Source: an uncultured Alphaproteobacteria bacterium
GTDB lineage: Bacteria; Pseudomonadota; Alphaproteobacteria; RF32; CAG-239
Length of the DNA stretch: 64,000 nucleotides
Assembly (NCBI GenBank): GCA_944391445.1
Contig: CALXTL010000007.1
Coordinates: forward strand, 6,996-70,995
Direction of reading: 5' to 3'
The notes below the pieces were generated by a model, which did no database searches, had not been told where the DNA came from, and saw nothing but the letters and a program-made list of their open reading frames with translations. Of this stretch, positions 10,384-21,751 are shown in pieces (position 1 is the stretch's first letter; every line of letters starts with the position of its first letter). Position numbers and translations under genes: made by a program.

Positions 10384-11595
10384 ATGAGCGAATATAAAAC
10401 TATTGATGATCTTGGCGATCTGAACGGCAAAGTTGCCATGCTGCGCGCCGATTTGAATGTTCCGATGGATGAAAACTTCCATGTCACCAATACTGCCCGC
10501 ATCGACCGCACGGTGCCGACAATTAACCTACTGATGAACAAAGGCGCTAAAGTCGTTGTTATCTCTCACTTTGGACGTCCGGAAGGCAAAGGCGACATGA
10601 AAAATTCTTTGTCACACGTGGCGCCCGAACTTGAAAAAGCTCTCGGCAAGCATGTTGTTTTTGTTGACGATTGTATCGGTGAGAAAGTTGAAACGGCTAT
10701 AAAAAATATGAAAAGCGATGAAGTTCTCCTGCTGGAAAATCTGCGCTTCTACGGCGAAGAGAAAAAAGGCGACGAAACTTTTGCCAAAGAGCTGGTTAAA
10801 CCTGCTGATGTGTATGTTTCCGATGCTTTTTCAACAGCACATCGCGCGCATGCTTCCATGGTGGCGGCAGCCAAACTTAAACCTGCTGCTTTCGGCCTGC
10901 TGATGGCTGAAGAAGTCAACGCTCTGTCCAAAGGTCTGAACAATCCGCAGCGACCGTTGATGGCGGTTGTCGGCGGTTCTAAAGTTTCTACAAAGCTCGA
11001 CTTGCTGAACAATCTGGTTAAAAAAGTTGACAAACTGGTTATTTCCGGAGGTATGGCGCATACTTTCATGAAAGCCAGCGGAGTTGATACCGTTAATGAA
11101 GCAAACTCTCTGGTGCAGCCGGATATGATTGAAACCGCCAAGGAAATTATGGCAACCGCCAAAGCTAATAATTGTGAGATTGTTTTGCCGCTTGATGTGG
11201 TTGTGGCTACCGAATTTAAAGCCGGCGCCGACCACAAAACCGTCGATCTTGGTAATATTCCGGCGACCGGCTGGATCCTGATGGATGTCGGCGAAAAAAC
11301 GATTGCTTCCATCAATGAAAAACTGGACGGCTGCAAAACTTTGGTCTGGAACGGCCCTCTCGGCGTTTTTGAGCTCAAGCCCTTTGATCAGGCAACGAAC
11401 CAAGTGGCTGCGCATGCTGCCGAGCTGACACAGGCCGGTAAGCTGATGTCGGTGGCCGGCGGCGGTGATACTGTTTCGGCTTTGGAAAATGCCGGTGTTG
11501 CCGGAAAATTTTCTTATATTTCGACAGCCGGCGGCGCATTCCTGGAATGGATGGAAGGCAAGGAACTGCCTGGTGTTGCCGTTTTGAAAAAATAA
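10384..11595 (+). CDS. pgk: Phosphoglycerate kinase
   Basis: RADLNVP, SHFGRP, LLENLRF, GGGDT, STAGGAFLE. Confidence 0.98.
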   Translation: MSEYKTIDDLGDLNGKVAMLRADLNVPMDENFHVTNTARIDRTVPTINLLMNKGAKVVVISHFGRPEGKGDMKNSLSHVAPELEKALGKHVVFVDDCIGEKVETAIKNMKSDEVLLLENLRFYGEEKKGDETFAKELVKPADVYVSDAFSTAHRAHASMVAAAKLKPAAFGLLMAEEVNALSKGLNNPQRPLMAVVGGSKVSTKLDLLNNLVKKVDKLVISGGMAHTFMKASGVDTVNEANSLVQPDMIETAKEIMATAKANNCEIVLPLDVVVATEFKAGADHKTVDLGNIPATGWILMDVGEKTIASINEKLDGCKTLVWNGPLGVFELKPFDQATNQVAAHAAELTQAGKLMSVAGGGDTVSALENAGVAGKFSYISTAGGAFLEWMEGKELPGVAVLKK

Positions 11596-11610
11596 TCTTT
11601 ATTTTCAAAA

Positions 11611-11644
11611 AAAAAACAGGCTGCTCACATGCAGCCTGTTTTTT
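11611..11644. terminator. Bidirectional terminator pgk/clpB
   Basis: AAAAAACAGGCTGC-tcacat-GCAGCCTGTTTTTT. Confidence 0.85.
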
Positions 11645-11656
11645 ATGGCCTCAGTC

Positions 11657-14245
11657 TTATTTTTTCTTGCTTTTGACAATATCCAAAGCACCGTTGGCCA
11701 CAATGATATCCGCCGTGTCATTGTCGCCGATCTCGCCGTTAATAATTTTTACGGCCAGTTTGTTTTCCAACTGGGTCTTCAACAGCCGCTTCAGCGGACG
11801 GGCGCCGTAAACCGAATCATAGCCGTTATTGACAATCCAGATAAAGGCCGTGTCGGTCACGCGGAAATGAATGTTGCGCGGTGCCAGGCGTTTTTCTATT
11901 GCGGCAATCTGCAACTCGGCAATATCTTTAATATTATTTTTATCAAGCTTATGAAAGATTGTAATCTCGTCAATACGGTTGATAAATTCCGGACGGAATG
12001 ATGCTTTGACAATCTCCATAACTTTGGCACGGATCTTTTTCGGATCGTCGGCACCGGTTGCATTGCTCAATATTTCCGAACCAAGGTTAGAAGTCATGAT
12101 GATGATGGTATTTTTAAAATCAACCGTCCGGCCTTTACCATCTGTCAAACGACCGTCATCCAACACCTGCAACAGGACATTAAAGATATCGGGATGCGCT
12201 TTTTCAACCTCATCGAATAAAATCACCTGATATGGCCGACGACGCACGGCTTCGGTCAAAACCCCGCCTTCTTCATAGCCGACATAACCCGGAGGCGAAC
12301 CAATCAAACGGGCCACCGCGTGTTTTTCCATGTATTCGGACATGTCTATACGCAGCATGGCCGTTTCATCATTAAATAAAAATTCGGCCAGAGCTTTGCT
12401 GAGCTCGGTCTTGCCGACACCGGTCGGCCCCAAAAACAAAAACGAACCAATCGGTTGTGAGGCATCGGCAATACCTGCCCGAGAACGCCGCACCGCGTTG
12501 GATACTGCGGCGATTGCTTCTTTTTGGCCGACAACCCGCTTGGAAAGATATTCCTCCATATGCAAGAGTTTTTCCTTTTCTCCTTCCAGCATTTTGTCTA
12601 CCGGCACGCCGGTCCATTTGGATACAACACTGGCAATGTTTTCTTCGGTGACGGTTTCAGAAAAACTGTTTTTGTGTTTGGCTGCCGTCGCCTCGGCCTT
12701 TTTGATTTTGTTTTCGAGCTCGGGAATGACACTGTATTGGAGCTCTCCGGCCCGCTCAAAGCGGCCTTCGCGCTTGGCTATTTCCACTTCTATGCGTGCT
12801 TTATCCAATTGCTCTTTCAAGCCGGTAAAATCCGCCAGCCCTTGTTTTTCTTCCTTCCATTTATCTTCCAGAGCTCTGGCCTTGGCCTCCAGACCTGATA
12901 TTTCATAATTAATCAGCTCGCTGCGCTCTTTGGACTTATCGTCTGTTTCTTTTTTGAGCGCCTCGCGTTCAATTTTCAATTGCAAAATCCGCCGGTCAAG
13001 CTCATCCAACTCTTCGGGCTTGGAATCTATTGCCATACGCAGCGAACTTGCCGCTTCATCCATCAGATCAATGGCTTTATCCGGCAAAAAACGATCACTG
13101 ATATAGCGATCAGACAACGTGGCCGCGGCAATCAGCGCGGAATCAGAAATTTTGACGCCGTGGTGCAATTCAAACTTCTCTTTTATACCGCGCAAAATGG
13201 AAATAGTATCTTCTACCGTCGGTTCATCCACATATACATCCTGAAAACGTCTGGCTAAAGCCGCGTCTTTTTCGACATATTTTTTATATTCATTCAGCGT
13301 GGTGGCTCCCAGGCAATGCAACTCACCGCGGGCCAAAGCCGGTTTGAGCAGATTGGAGGCATCCATTGAGCCTTCCGATGCGCCGGCGCCGACCAAGGTG
13401 TGCATTTCATCAATAAACAGAATGATGTTGCCATTACCGGCCTCAACATCTTTGAGCACGGCTTTCAACCTTTCCTCAAATTCGCCGCGGAATTTAGCCC
13501 CGGCGATCAGAGCTCCTAAATCCAGCGAAAGCAAACGTTTGCCGCGCAGACTTTCCGGAACATCATTGTTAACAATGCGCATGGCCAAGCCTTCAACAAT
13601 AGCTGTTTTGCCGACGCCGGGCTCACCGATTAAAACAGGATTGTTTTTGGTGCGGCGGGATAAAACCTGAATGACACGGCGAATCTCATGCTCGCGGCCG
13701 ATAACAGGATCCAGCTTTCCCTCACGAGCTTTTTGAGTGATGTCTATTGTATATTTTTTGAGCGCTTCAAAATTATCTTCCGAACTTTCGCTGTCGGCAA
13801 TCCGCCCTTTGCGATAATCATTGATGGCCTGATTCAGCTTAACGGCATTGACGCCGCATGATGTCAGAATTTCAGAAGCGCTGTTGCCTGCGGTCATCGC
13901 CATCGCCTGCAAAATACGCTCGACAGTTACAAATTTGTCTCCCGACTTGTCTGCCAGTTTTTCAGCCTCCATAATCATATTGGTGAAATCCTGGTTCATC
14001 AAACTTTGCACCGAGCTGCCCTCTACTTTTGGCAATTTGGCAAATTCTGTTTCCAGTCGGTCGCGAATCTGAGTGATACTGCCACCTGCCTTCAAAAGCA
14101 GATTAAGAATGACCTCATCTTTGCCGTCCAGCATGGCTTTGAGCATGTGCAGCGGCGTAATATACTGATTGCGGTTGGCCGCCGCCAGATTGATGACATC
14201 CTGAAGCAGTTCTTTAGAGCGTGTGGTTAATTTTTCAAAATCCAT
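11657..14245 (-). CDS. clpB: ATP-dependent chaperone ClpB
   Basis: Two AAA+ modules ([16 protein letters not shown]) with a coiled-coil M domain; 862 aa. Confidence 0.97.
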   Translation of the reverse strand: MDFEKLTTRSKELLQDVINLAAANRNQYITPLHMLKAMLDGKDEVILNLLLKAGGSITQIRDRLETEFAKLPKVEGSSVQSLMNQDFTNMIMEAEKLADKSGDKFVTVERILQAMAMTAGNSASEILTSCGVNAVKLNQAINDYRKGRIADSESSEDNFEALKKYTIDITQKAREGKLDPVIGREHEIRRVIQVLSRRTKNNPVLIGEPGVGKTAIVEGLAMRIVNNDVPESLRGKRLLSLDLGALIAGAKFRGEFEERLKAVLKDVEAGNGNIILFIDEMHTLVGAGASEGSMDASNLLKPALARGELHCLGATTLNEYKKYVEKDAALARRFQDVYVDEPTVEDTISILRGIKEKFELHHGVKISDSALIAAATLSDRYISDRFLPDKAIDLMDEAASSLRMAIDSKPEELDELDRRILQLKIEREALKKETDDKSKERSELINYEISGLEAKARALEDKWKEEKQGLADFTGLKEQLDKARIEVEIAKREGRFERAGELQYSVIPELENKIKKAEATAAKHKNSFSETVTEENIASVVSKWTGVPVDKMLEGEKEKLLHMEEYLSKRVVGQKEAIAAVSNAVRRSRAGIADASQPIGSFLFLGPTGVGKTELSKALAEFLFNDETAMLRIDMSEYMEKHAVARLIGSPPGYVGYEEGGVLTEAVRRRPYQVILFDEVEKAHPDIFNVLLQVLDDGRLTDGKGRTVDFKNTIIIMTSNLGSEILSNATGADDPKKIRAKVMEIVKASFRPEFINRIDEITIFHKLDKNNIKDIAELQIAAIEKRLAPRNIHFRVTDTAFIWIVNNGYDSVYGARPLKRLLKTQLENKLAVKIINGEIGDNDTADIIVANGALDIVKSKKK

Positions 14246-14269
14246 GGTTATCTCCTTCTTCTCTATAGA

Positions 14270-14299
14270 ATATAGGAAACCTGAATCCCTAAAATCAAG
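14270..14299 (-). promoter_or_regulatory. RpoH (sigma32)-type promoter of clpB
   Basis: Minus strand CTTGAT-N17-CCTATAT, close to the alphaproteobacterial RpoH consensus CTTGAA-N16/17-CCTATAT. Confidence 0.7.
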
Positions 14300-14308
14300 G
14301 ACTTAAAA

Positions 14309-15457
14309 TTATTTCTTCAGCAGATTGATGACCGTAATGTCCGAAGGCGCAAACAGACGCATCTGCGGCCCCCATGTGCCGGCCCCGTTGGAAACGTGGA
14401 GTTTAACGCCGTTGACGTTGTAATCCCCGCTCAAAAATTTATTGGCTTTTTTTACAAAATAGTGGAACGGAAAAATTTGTCCGCCATGAGTGTGACCGGA
14501 TAAAACCAGATCAAAATCCGACCGCCGCAAATTTTGCGCAATATCAGGCGTGTGCGACATCAGAATTCTAAAATCTGTCTCCTGGCTTTTTTGCAGCGCT
14601 TGCGGAAAATTGATATTAAATGTCGGATGGATGCTGGCGGTGAAGGCATCGGGAACACCGGCTATAAAGACATTGCTGTCGCCGATATGCGTGCCCCGGT
14701 TCACCAACAGCGGGAAGCCCATTTTGCGATAGCGGTAGCTGACTGATCCCAAACCACTGTAATATTCGTGATTGCCCAAAGAAACATATACACCATAAAG
14801 CGCTGAAAGTTTTTGCAACGCGGCCAGTTGTTCTTCCATTTTGGTGGCGTCGTCATCAATGATATCACCTGTCATCAGGACGGCATCGGCACCGATGTTA
14901 TTTACCGTTGAAACAATTTTTTCAATGCGGCCGACGGCCGTGGTACGGTTCAGATGCAAATCACTCAGATGCACAATTTTCATGTCGCGGGAAAGCTTGG
15001 AGCTAACCAAAGTCAGCTCTTTAATTTCAGGGATTTTTAACCCTTCATATACGGCATAGCCCCCGACTAAGAAGCTGATCACCATTACCACCATATTGGC
15101 ATGCCCCAATACACTGATATTTTTGGGATTGAGCGACCATGCGTCGCGTCCAAGCAAACGCGCACTTCCGTAAATGAGATACCAAAAGATATCGCGAATC
15201 AGCAAAAAACAAAACAGGATGAAAACAAAACCGAGCAAACTGTTTGAGGCAATATAAAGAAAATTGTATACGGTGCCGTCCAAAGCCTCATTGTTTTTGA
15301 GCAAACGCACAAATATTGAAGAAAACCACCCGACAAGAATCAGCCCCGACAAGGCAATCTTGCGTGAAAGTTTCATGTCGCTGTATCCGATCAACGTTTT
15401 GATTGTGATGGCAGAACACGCGACGGAAATAATCAAAAAAGCAATGATAAAAAACAA
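14309..15457 (-). CDS. Membrane-anchored metallophosphoesterase (YkuE-like)
   Basis: N-terminal TM helices; SDLH, GDIID, GNHE, SGHTHGGQ. Confidence 0.9.
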   Translation of the reverse strand: MFFIIAFLIISVACSAITIKTLIGYSDMKLSRKIALSGLILVGWFSSIFVRLLKNNEALDGTVYNFLYIASNSLLGFVFILFCFLLIRDIFWYLIYGSARLLGRDAWSLNPKNISVLGHANMVVMVISFLVGGYAVYEGLKIPEIKELTLVSSKLSRDMKIVHLSDLHLNRTTAVGRIEKIVSTVNNIGADAVLMTGDIIDDDATKMEEQLAALQKLSALYGVYVSLGNHEYYSGLGSVSYRYRKMGFPLLVNRGTHIGDSNVFIAGVPDAFTASIHPTFNINFPQALQKSQETDFRILMSHTPDIAQNLRRSDFDLVLSGHTHGGQIFPFHYFVKKANKFLSGDYNVNGVKLHVSNGAGTWGPQMRLFAPSDITVINLLKK

Positions 15458-15529
15458 TTTTCCGGTCCTTGGCCTCTGTAATATGCACGGCTGTTATCGT
15501 CACTCTTTTGCCTTTGGCGGCAAAGCCCC

Positions 15530-16051
15530 TCAGATGACGGCCGGTTCTCCGGCTTTGTTTTTGGCCGAGCGCGCGCTTTTTTTAACCGTTGTCACCACAT
15601 CGGAAGCAGCTCCATTATCGGCCGAAGGAGAACTGATGTCAATAACTTTGAATGTCCGTTTGCGGACCGGTGTTTTTTCTTCGGGTGCAGATATTTTCTG
15701 TTCTTTGTCTGCCGGTGCATCATGCGGCTCGGCAGTGGGCAGCGGCGCATTTTCCCCGGCTGATGCCGGTTCGGCAGTCGGTTCGGCATGTGCATTGTTG
15801 AAACGCTGCTCTTTGCGTTCATTAATTTCCGTAACAATTTTACGATAATGCTCGGCATATTGGCGGAAATTTTCGGCACTGACATAGTCGGCGTTGCCTT
15901 GAGCTTCCTTGGCCAGTTCATTGTATCTTTTGATCAAGTCAAGCGCCGTGCCGCTGATTTTGCCGGCAGAAGAAATGCTGTCAAATTTATAGTTGAGCGA
16001 ATAAATTTGGGAATTATAGGTGTTGTTTCTGTATTTGTTGTTTTTTCTCAT
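15530..16051 (-). CDS. DUF4167 domain protein
   Basis: KISGTA...RY..LAKEA...D.V.AENF.QYAEHY; usual position downstream of prmC. Confidence 0.85.
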   Translation of the reverse strand: MRKNNKYRNNTYNSQIYSLNYKFDSISSAGKISGTALDLIKRYNELAKEAQGNADYVSAENFRQYAEHYRKIVTEINERKEQRFNNAHAEPTAEPASAGENAPLPTAEPHDAPADKEQKISAPEEKTPVRKRTFKVIDISSPSADNGAASDVVTTVKKSARSAKNKAGEPAVI

Positions 16052-16218
16052 TAATTCATTACCATACTTGTTGATCCCCGCATTAAAAATTTGAAAGGGG
16101 AACCGATTAAATAAAATACAAAGTCTATTTCTGAAAAGTAAAACGGCATTCAGCTTCATCAAAAAAAATATGCCGTTAAAACATTGCTTATATTATATAA
16201 TAATTTTTGGATTGCAAC

Positions 16219-17076
16219 CTATTTTTTGAGGATTACACACCTTTCAGTGCCGGCCAGGTCCCGCAAGATGTTCTCCGGAACAAACCCCTGCTCCGCAAAA
16301 AGATTGGCAACCGCCCCAGCCTGTCCTTCGCCTACTTCAAGAAAAATCTTTCCGCCCTCATTCAGCAGCGCGGGCGCCACTTCGGCAATGCAACGGTAAC
16401 TTGCCAGACCATCCGTGCCTCCGTCCAGCGCCAGGCGCGGATCATAATCGCGCACTTCTGCCTCCAGCAGCGGGATTTCCCGAGCCGCAATATATGGCGG
16501 GTTTGAAACAATCAGATCAAACCTTTGCGAGAAAAGAGCCACAAAATCAGCAGCAAACCAGTCTGCCTGTTTCCACTCAATCCTTGATTTCACGCCAAGT
16601 GTTTCCGCATTGCGGGCAGCTATTTCCAATGCGGCAGCGGAAATATCAATACCGATACCGCAAAGGGATGGAATTTCAGCCAGCAGCGACAAAATAACAC
16701 AACCCGAACCGACGCCCAGCTCCAGCAATGAGCGACACGGCCGACGGCGCATTTCTTCGAGTGCCGCCTCAACCAGCAGTTCCGTTTCCGGCCGCGGCGA
16801 CAAGACATCGCCGCTAACCGCAAATTCGTATTTATAAAAACCCTTGTGCCCTATAATTTTGTCGGCCGGGATATGCCGGCAGCGCTGTTTTATAAATTCT
16901 GCAAAACGCTGTTGCTGCTGCGGCGACAAAGCAGCCGAAGAAGAAAGAACTTCTCCCGGTTCGCAACCTATTGCTTCAGCAAGCAACAATCTGATCTCAA
17001 AAGCGGATGAGACGACACCTTCGGCAGATAATTTATCCGTCGCTTGTTTGATTAACGTTTCTATCTGAGAATTCAT
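16219..17076 (-). CDS. prmC: Release factor glutamine methyltransferase
   Basis: PRPETE, LGVGSG, SNPPYI, ALDGG.DGL. Confidence 0.95.
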   Translation of the reverse strand: MNSQIETLIKQATDKLSAEGVVSSAFEIRLLLAEAIGCEPGEVLSSSAALSPQQQQRFAEFIKQRCRHIPADKIIGHKGFYKYEFAVSGDVLSPRPETELLVEAALEEMRRRPCRSLLELGVGSGCVILSLLAEIPSLCGIGIDISAAALEIAARNAETLGVKSRIEWKQADWFAADFVALFSQRFDLIVSNPPYIAAREIPLLEAEVRDYDPRLALDGGTDGLASYRCIAEVAPALLNEGGKIFLEVGEGQAGAVANLFAEQGFVPENILRDLAGTERCVILKK

Positions 17077-17099
17077 AAAAAATCTGTATTCAATAAAAA

Positions 17100-17297
17100 T
17101 TAAGAATGGTCGTGCTCTTTTTCCGGCAGGCGGCTGTCATGCCCTTCGCTGCCTTCCCCCTGATTTTGCCGGCGAATCTTCGCCAAGCGGGCGGCCATGC
17201 GCTGCTCCATACTGTCAAAATCCCAGCCGAGGGCTACCTTCTCTGCCAAACTGCGCAGATTGGCATCAAGCGTGGTATGCGATGCGCTATTTTCCAT
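17100..17297 (-). CDS. Small hypothetical protein (65 aa)
   Basis: Fills the rpoH-prmC gap on the same strand with a purine-rich RBS; no family recognised. Confidence 0.4.
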   Translation of the reverse strand: MENSASHTTLDANLRSLAEKVALGWDFDSMEQRMAARLAKIRRQNQGEGSEGHDSRLPEKEHDHS

Positions 17298-17328
17298 CCC
17301 TTATCCCCCGGTGTGTCCGGCCAGTATA

Positions 17329-18225
17329 TCACCTTTTGGCGCTGATTGCAACCAAAACCAGCGACTTTAATTTGTCAAAAGAAGATTTTTCTATTTGGCG
17401 GATCCGCTCACGACTGATATTGAACTTTTGCCCGATTTCTTCCAAAGTTTCCGGATGTTCGGTTAAGAGTCTGTTTTTGATGATATATTGTTCGCGCTCG
17501 CTTAACTGACTCAAACATTGTCTGAGAATTTGCATTTTATAACCGGCTTCCTGACGTCTGGCCAGAGCTTCTTCCAGGTTCTGCGATCTGTCAACCAAGA
17601 AATCTATCTGCTCGCTCTCATCCTCGTCGGAGACACTGACATTGAGCGACTTATCTCCCCCAAGCCGGCGATTCATTTCAACGACGTCGCTTTCATCCAC
17701 CACCAGTTCTTTGGCTATGTCTTTGACAACTTCCGGCTCAAGCTCCTTGTTTTCGTATATACCCAAACGCGCTTTGATCCGATTAAGATTATAAAACAAT
17801 TTTTTCTGTGCCGCCTTGGTGCCCATTTTGACCAAGGACCAGGAGCGAAGAATGTAATCATTAATCGCCGCTTTAATCCACCAGATGGCGTATGTGGCCA
17901 AACGAACGTTTTTGGTCAGGTCAAATTTTTTAACAGCCTGCATCAGGCCGAGATTTGCTTCGGAAATGATATCCAGTAACGGCAAACCATAGTGGCGATA
18001 GCCAAAAGCTATTTTGGCTGCCAGGCGCAGATGCGAGGTTACCAGAGTCTGGGCCGCCTGCATATCGCCTTTCTGCTGGAAATCACGAACAAGCGCAGCT
18101 TCCTGTTCTTCGCTTAGGACCGGGAACTTTTTGATTTCCTCCAAATATGCCGCCAGCGAGTTGTCATTAATCACGGCTGGCAGATTGGATGATGTCCTTA
18201 CAATAAGCTCTGAACCTTTTGCCAT
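17329..18225 (-). CDS. rpoH: RNA polymerase sigma-32 factor
   Basis: RpoH box QKKLFYNL, RLATYAIWWIKA, SRERIRQIE; likely start MAKGSEL. Confidence 0.93.
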   Translation of the reverse strand: MAKGSELIVRTSSNLPAVINDNSLAAYLEEIKKFPVLSEEQEAALVRDFQQKGDMQAAQTLVTSHLRLAAKIAFGYRHYGLPLLDIISEANLGLMQAVKKFDLTKNVRLATYAIWWIKAAINDYILRSWSLVKMGTKAAQKKLFYNLNRIKARLGIYENKELEPEVVKDIAKELVVDESDVVEMNRRLGGDKSLNVSVSDEDESEQIDFLVDRSQNLEEALARRQEAGYKMQILRQCLSQLSEREQYIIKNRLLTEHPETLEEIGQKFNISRERIRQIEKSSFDKLKSLVLVAISAKR

Positions 18226-18298
18226 AAAATTTTCGCCCTCTTTCTCTTGTTTCTCAAAAATATCTGATATGTCAATTTTTGAACAAAAATTGATTATA

Positions 18299-18874
18299 TT
18301 ATTTTCCGCCGGTCTTGGCAAGATTATTTTTATCGTATACGATAAACGGCTCGCCTTCGCCAATTGTTGCGGTGTAATTGATGATTTCCACAATGGTTTG
18401 GCCGCGAAGCGGATAGGCAAGCAGATATACTCTGCGCGACAAAACAGAATTATCCCCCGCGCAAAGTTGCAAATCTTTATCTTTCAGGCCGTGATTGATT
18501 TTGACATAAATCATGCGGTTGGCCACACGATAGTTATCTTTAGGCTGAAATGCCTCTACCGGCAACGGCGAAAAATCGCCGATATGCTTTAATGCCAGCA
18601 AACGGCGGCGGCGATCAATCACATTTTCATCCATCACTTCAGTCTGGAGTTCGGACAATTTATCGCGCACCAACCGCCACAGCTCTTTATCGCCGCAATC
18701 AACAACAGAAGCCGGCGGGGTATCTGTTTCGGCTGAAGCTTTAATGGTGCGAATCACCTGCTGCGGCACGCCGAATACGTTATATTCCGTTTTGTTTTCC
18801 TCCGGCACAGCGGACGCGGCAAAGCTATTGCCTGCCCATAGCACTGCGGCCAGAAAAACAAATAAACGCGTCAT
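18299..18874 (-). CDS. Exported hypothetical protein
   Basis: Signal peptide MTRLFVFLAAVLWAGNSFA; GGAGG RBS right after the asnS stop. Confidence 0.7.
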   Translation of the reverse strand: MTRLFVFLAAVLWAGNSFAASAVPEENKTEYNVFGVPQQVIRTIKASAETDTPPASVVDCGDKELWRLVRDKLSELQTEVMDENVIDRRRRLLALKHIGDFSPLPVEAFQPKDNYRVANRMIYVKINHGLKDKDLQLCAGDNSVLSRRVYLLAYPLRGQTIVEIINYTATIGEGEPFIVYDKNNLAKTGGK

Positions 18875-18883
18875 TTCCCCTCC

Positions 18884-20272
18884 TCAGAAATTGACGGATT
18901 TCGGCGTCCGCGGAAAAGGAATAACATCGCGGATGTTGCCAATGCCGGTAATGAGCATCATCATTCGTTCAAAACCAAGGCCGAATCCGGCATGCGGCAC
19001 GGAGCCGTATTTGCGGGAATCAAGATACCAGGCGTAATCTTCCTCATGCATGCCCATTTCGCGGATTTTGCGGACCAAAACATCGTAACGTTCCTCACGC
19101 TGGGAACCGCCGATCAACTCGCCGATACCCGGCACCAGAACATCCATCGCGGCGACCGTGCGGCCGTCATCATTGAGCCGCATGTAAAAAGCCTTAATCT
19201 CTTTGGGATAATCGCGAACGATTACAGGCCGTTTGAAGTGCTCTTCGGCCAGAAAACGCTCATGCTCGGTCTGCATGTCTATACCAAACTCCGGCTTGTA
19301 TTCAAACTTACGACCGGATTTTTGCATAATCTCTATCGCCTCGGCGTAAGTAATGCGGGCGAAGCCGTTGTCTACAATATTGTTCAGTTTGGCAAGCAGG
19401 CCGGGCTCGACATATTTGTCAAACAAAGCCAAGTCTTCGGCACAATGATCCATGACATATCTGACACAATAACGCACCATATCTTCCGCCAGATCCATAT
19501 CATCGTGAATATCGGCGAAAGCCATTTCCGGCTCGATCATCCAGAATTCGGCAGCATGACGCGTGGTGTTGGAATTTTCGGCACGGAAAGTCGGGCCGAA
19601 TGTATAAATATCCCCCAAAGCGCAGGCATACATCTCACCGTTGAGCTGTCCGGAAACCGTCAGGTGCGCTTCTTTGCCAAAGAAATCCTGTGAATAGTCA
19701 ACCCGGCCATCTTTGGTCCGCGGCAGATTGTTCAGATCAAGCGTGGTTACCTGAAACATTTCTCCGGCTCCTTCACAGTCGGAACCGGTGATGATCGGGG
19801 TGTGAACATAACGAAAACCACGTTCGTTGAAAAATTTGTGAATCGCAAAAGAAAGTTCGGAACGCACCCGGAACGCCGCGCCGTATTTGTTGGTGCGCGG
19901 ACGCAAATGCGCTATGGTGCGCAGATATTCATCCGTGTGTTTTTTCTTTTGCAATGGAAAATCTTCCGGCGCAAGACTGTAGACATCTATTTCGGCGGCT
20001 GCAATCTCATATTTCTGGTTGCCGCCTTTGGATTCCACCAACGCGCCTTTTACCGCCACCGAAGAACCGGTGGAAAGTTTTTTGACCTCTTCATAATTAT
20101 TGAGATTGTTATTGGCAATAATCTGAATATTTTTGAGACAGGAACCGTCATTTACCTCAATAAAAGAAAAATCCTTGGCATCGCGGCGGGTTCTGACCCA
20201 ACCTTTGACCAATACTTCCCGTACAGGCGCCTCCGCCTGCAGCAAATCAGCTATTTTTGTTCTTTTTAACAT
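18884..20272 (-). CDS. asnS: Asparagine--tRNA ligase
   Basis: [50 protein letters not shown]. Confidence 0.97.
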   Translation of the reverse strand: MLKRTKIADLLQAEAPVREVLVKGWVRTRRDAKDFSFIEVNDGSCLKNIQIIANNNLNNYEEVKKLSTGSSVAVKGALVESKGGNQKYEIAAAEIDVYSLAPEDFPLQKKKHTDEYLRTIAHLRPRTNKYGAAFRVRSELSFAIHKFFNERGFRYVHTPIITGSDCEGAGEMFQVTTLDLNNLPRTKDGRVDYSQDFFGKEAHLTVSGQLNGEMYACALGDIYTFGPTFRAENSNTTRHAAEFWMIEPEMAFADIHDDMDLAEDMVRYCVRYVMDHCAEDLALFDKYVEPGLLAKLNNIVDNGFARITYAEAIEIMQKSGRKFEYKPEFGIDMQTEHERFLAEEHFKRPVIVRDYPKEIKAFYMRLNDDGRTVAAMDVLVPGIGELIGGSQREERYDVLVRKIREMGMHEEDYAWYLDSRKYGSVPHAGFGLGFERMMMLITGIGNIRDVIPFPRTPKSVNF

Positions 20273-20425
20273 TTCTTTATGTCCATATTTTATTCAATTC
20301 ATCATGATTACCGCCAGTAACCGGTTGCTCACTATATTACAAGTTTGAGCAGATGTCCAGCATTGACAAACATTATTCAGCATATTAAATTTGATTATCA
20401 GATATACTCGGAAAGGAAAAAATTG

Positions 20426-20890
20426 ATGAAAAAAACAGCTCTTATTTTAATTGTGCCGGCTTTGCTGGCATTTAGCGCCTGCACGGCTGATATTGGCACC
20501 AATGACTATTATGCTTCTTCGGCCGGCGAGGTTAACCGCGCGGCCAAAGGCGTGATTCTCAGCGTCCGCCAGGTAACGGTCAAAAGCAACGACAATAATG
20601 CCGGCACTCTGATTGGTGCGGCGGCTGGCGGCGTTGCCGGTTCTACCATCGGCGGCGGTGATACAGCTCATATTCTCGGCGCCATTGGCGGCGCTGTGAT
20701 CGGCGGCATTGCCGGTGACGCGACTCAGGCTCAGCTTTCCAAACAAGCTGCTTATGAATATGTCGTACAATTGGACAACGGCGGACTGGTGACTGTTGTT
20801 CAGGGTGCCAATGAACTGTTGACTCCGGGACAAAAATGTATTGTTTTGTATGGCAAACAAGCTCGCGTTATTCCTTATAACGGACTGTAA
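20426..20890 (+). CDS. Glycine-zipper outer membrane lipoprotein (SlyB/Pcp-like)
   Basis: Lipobox FSAC; GAAAGGVAG..GGG...GA.GGAVIGGIAG. Confidence 0.88.
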   Translation: MKKTALILIVPALLAFSACTADIGTNDYYASSAGEVNRAAKGVILSVRQVTVKSNDNNAGTLIGAAAGGVAGSTIGGGDTAHILGAIGGAVIGGIAGDATQAQLSKQAAYEYVVQLDNGGLVTVVQGANELLTPGQKCIVLYGKQARVIPYNGL

Positions 20891-20910
20891 ATTGCCGGTT
20901 CTGATTACTT

Positions 20911-20939
20911 AAGCCTGCCTTTTTCGGGCAGGCTTTTTT
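20911..20939. terminator. Intrinsic terminator
   Basis: AAGCCTGCC-ttttc-GGGCAGGCTTTTTT. Confidence 0.75.
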
Positions 20940-20979
20940 ATACTTGTTCAAAAGTCTGAATCCCGTAAAAGTCCGGACT

Positions 20980-21606
20980 TCAAATAATGCCCATTTTCTG
21001 CGCCAGAACCACCGCCTGAGTCCGATTGGTGGCACCGACTGCCCGCAGCAAAGCATTGATATGCAGCTTGACCGTGGCCTCGGACACACCCATTTCATAG
21101 GCAATTTGCTTATTGGACATTCCCTCGGCAACATAGCTTAAGACTTCTGCCTGACGCGCGGTCAAATGCTTACCGTTTGCCCGTCTGCCGCTGATCTCCG
21201 CTGTCGTTCTTTTTTCAATTGCCGAAGGCGGCAGATAGGTTCCGCCATCTATAATCAACTTAAGCGCCGAATTGAGCACCTGCGTATCCGTCTGCTTGGA
21301 TATATAACCGACAGCACCAAGTTCCAAAGCCTTTTTGACATTGCGACTTTCATCTGAAGCAGAAATGACAACAATCCGGGCCGAAGGCGAGGCCTCTCGC
21401 AATTGACGGATGCCTTCTTCCCAACTCATGTCGGGCATATCAAGGTCAATTACAATTAAATCAATTTCCGGTTCGGAGGCAGCAATTTTTAATGACTGAG
21501 TAAAATTCGCCGCCTGAGAAATGACGGCGCTGGGTTCAAGTTTTTCCAGATTCATGCTCAGACCGTCTCGAAACAAAGCATGATCGTCCGCGATAAGAAT
21601 CTTCAT
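20980..21606 (-). CDS. Orphan NarL/LuxR-family response regulator
   Basis: ADDH...DLDMP receiver; LTARQ.EVL...GMSNKQIA...SEATVKLH HTH. Confidence 0.93.
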   Translation of the reverse strand: MKILIADDHALFRDGLSMNLEKLEPSAVISQAANFTQSLKIAASEPEIDLIVIDLDMPDMSWEEGIRQLREASPSARIVVISASDESRNVKKALELGAVGYISKQTDTQVLNSALKLIIDGGTYLPPSAIEKRTTAEISGRRANGKHLTARQAEVLSYVAEGMSNKQIAYEMGVSEATVKLHINALLRAVGATNRTQAVVLAQKMGII

Positions 21607-21673
21607 CTGACTTCTCCTGCATCAAAACATATATCAGTCCGAAGTCCAGTGTTTTGACTTTACCGGGTAAATT

Positions 21674-21689
21674 TTAACATCAAGTTAAC
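21674..21689. promoter_or_regulatory. Perfect CtrA box upstream of the response regulator
   Basis: TTAA-catcaag-TTAAC (TTAA-N7-TTAAC). Confidence 0.6.
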
Positions 21690-21751
21690 GCTTAGTTCGC
21701 TATATAGTGCCGAAGTTTGAGATTTTAAAGTGGCGTATTGGTTTTTCTTGC

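Noticed and set aside
17329-18420. N-terminally extended RpoH (similar over-long starts for the ORFs at 39879, 44006, 16162, 37765)
   Set aside because: ORF-caller artefacts; downstream ATGs give family-typical lengths and avoid overlaps.
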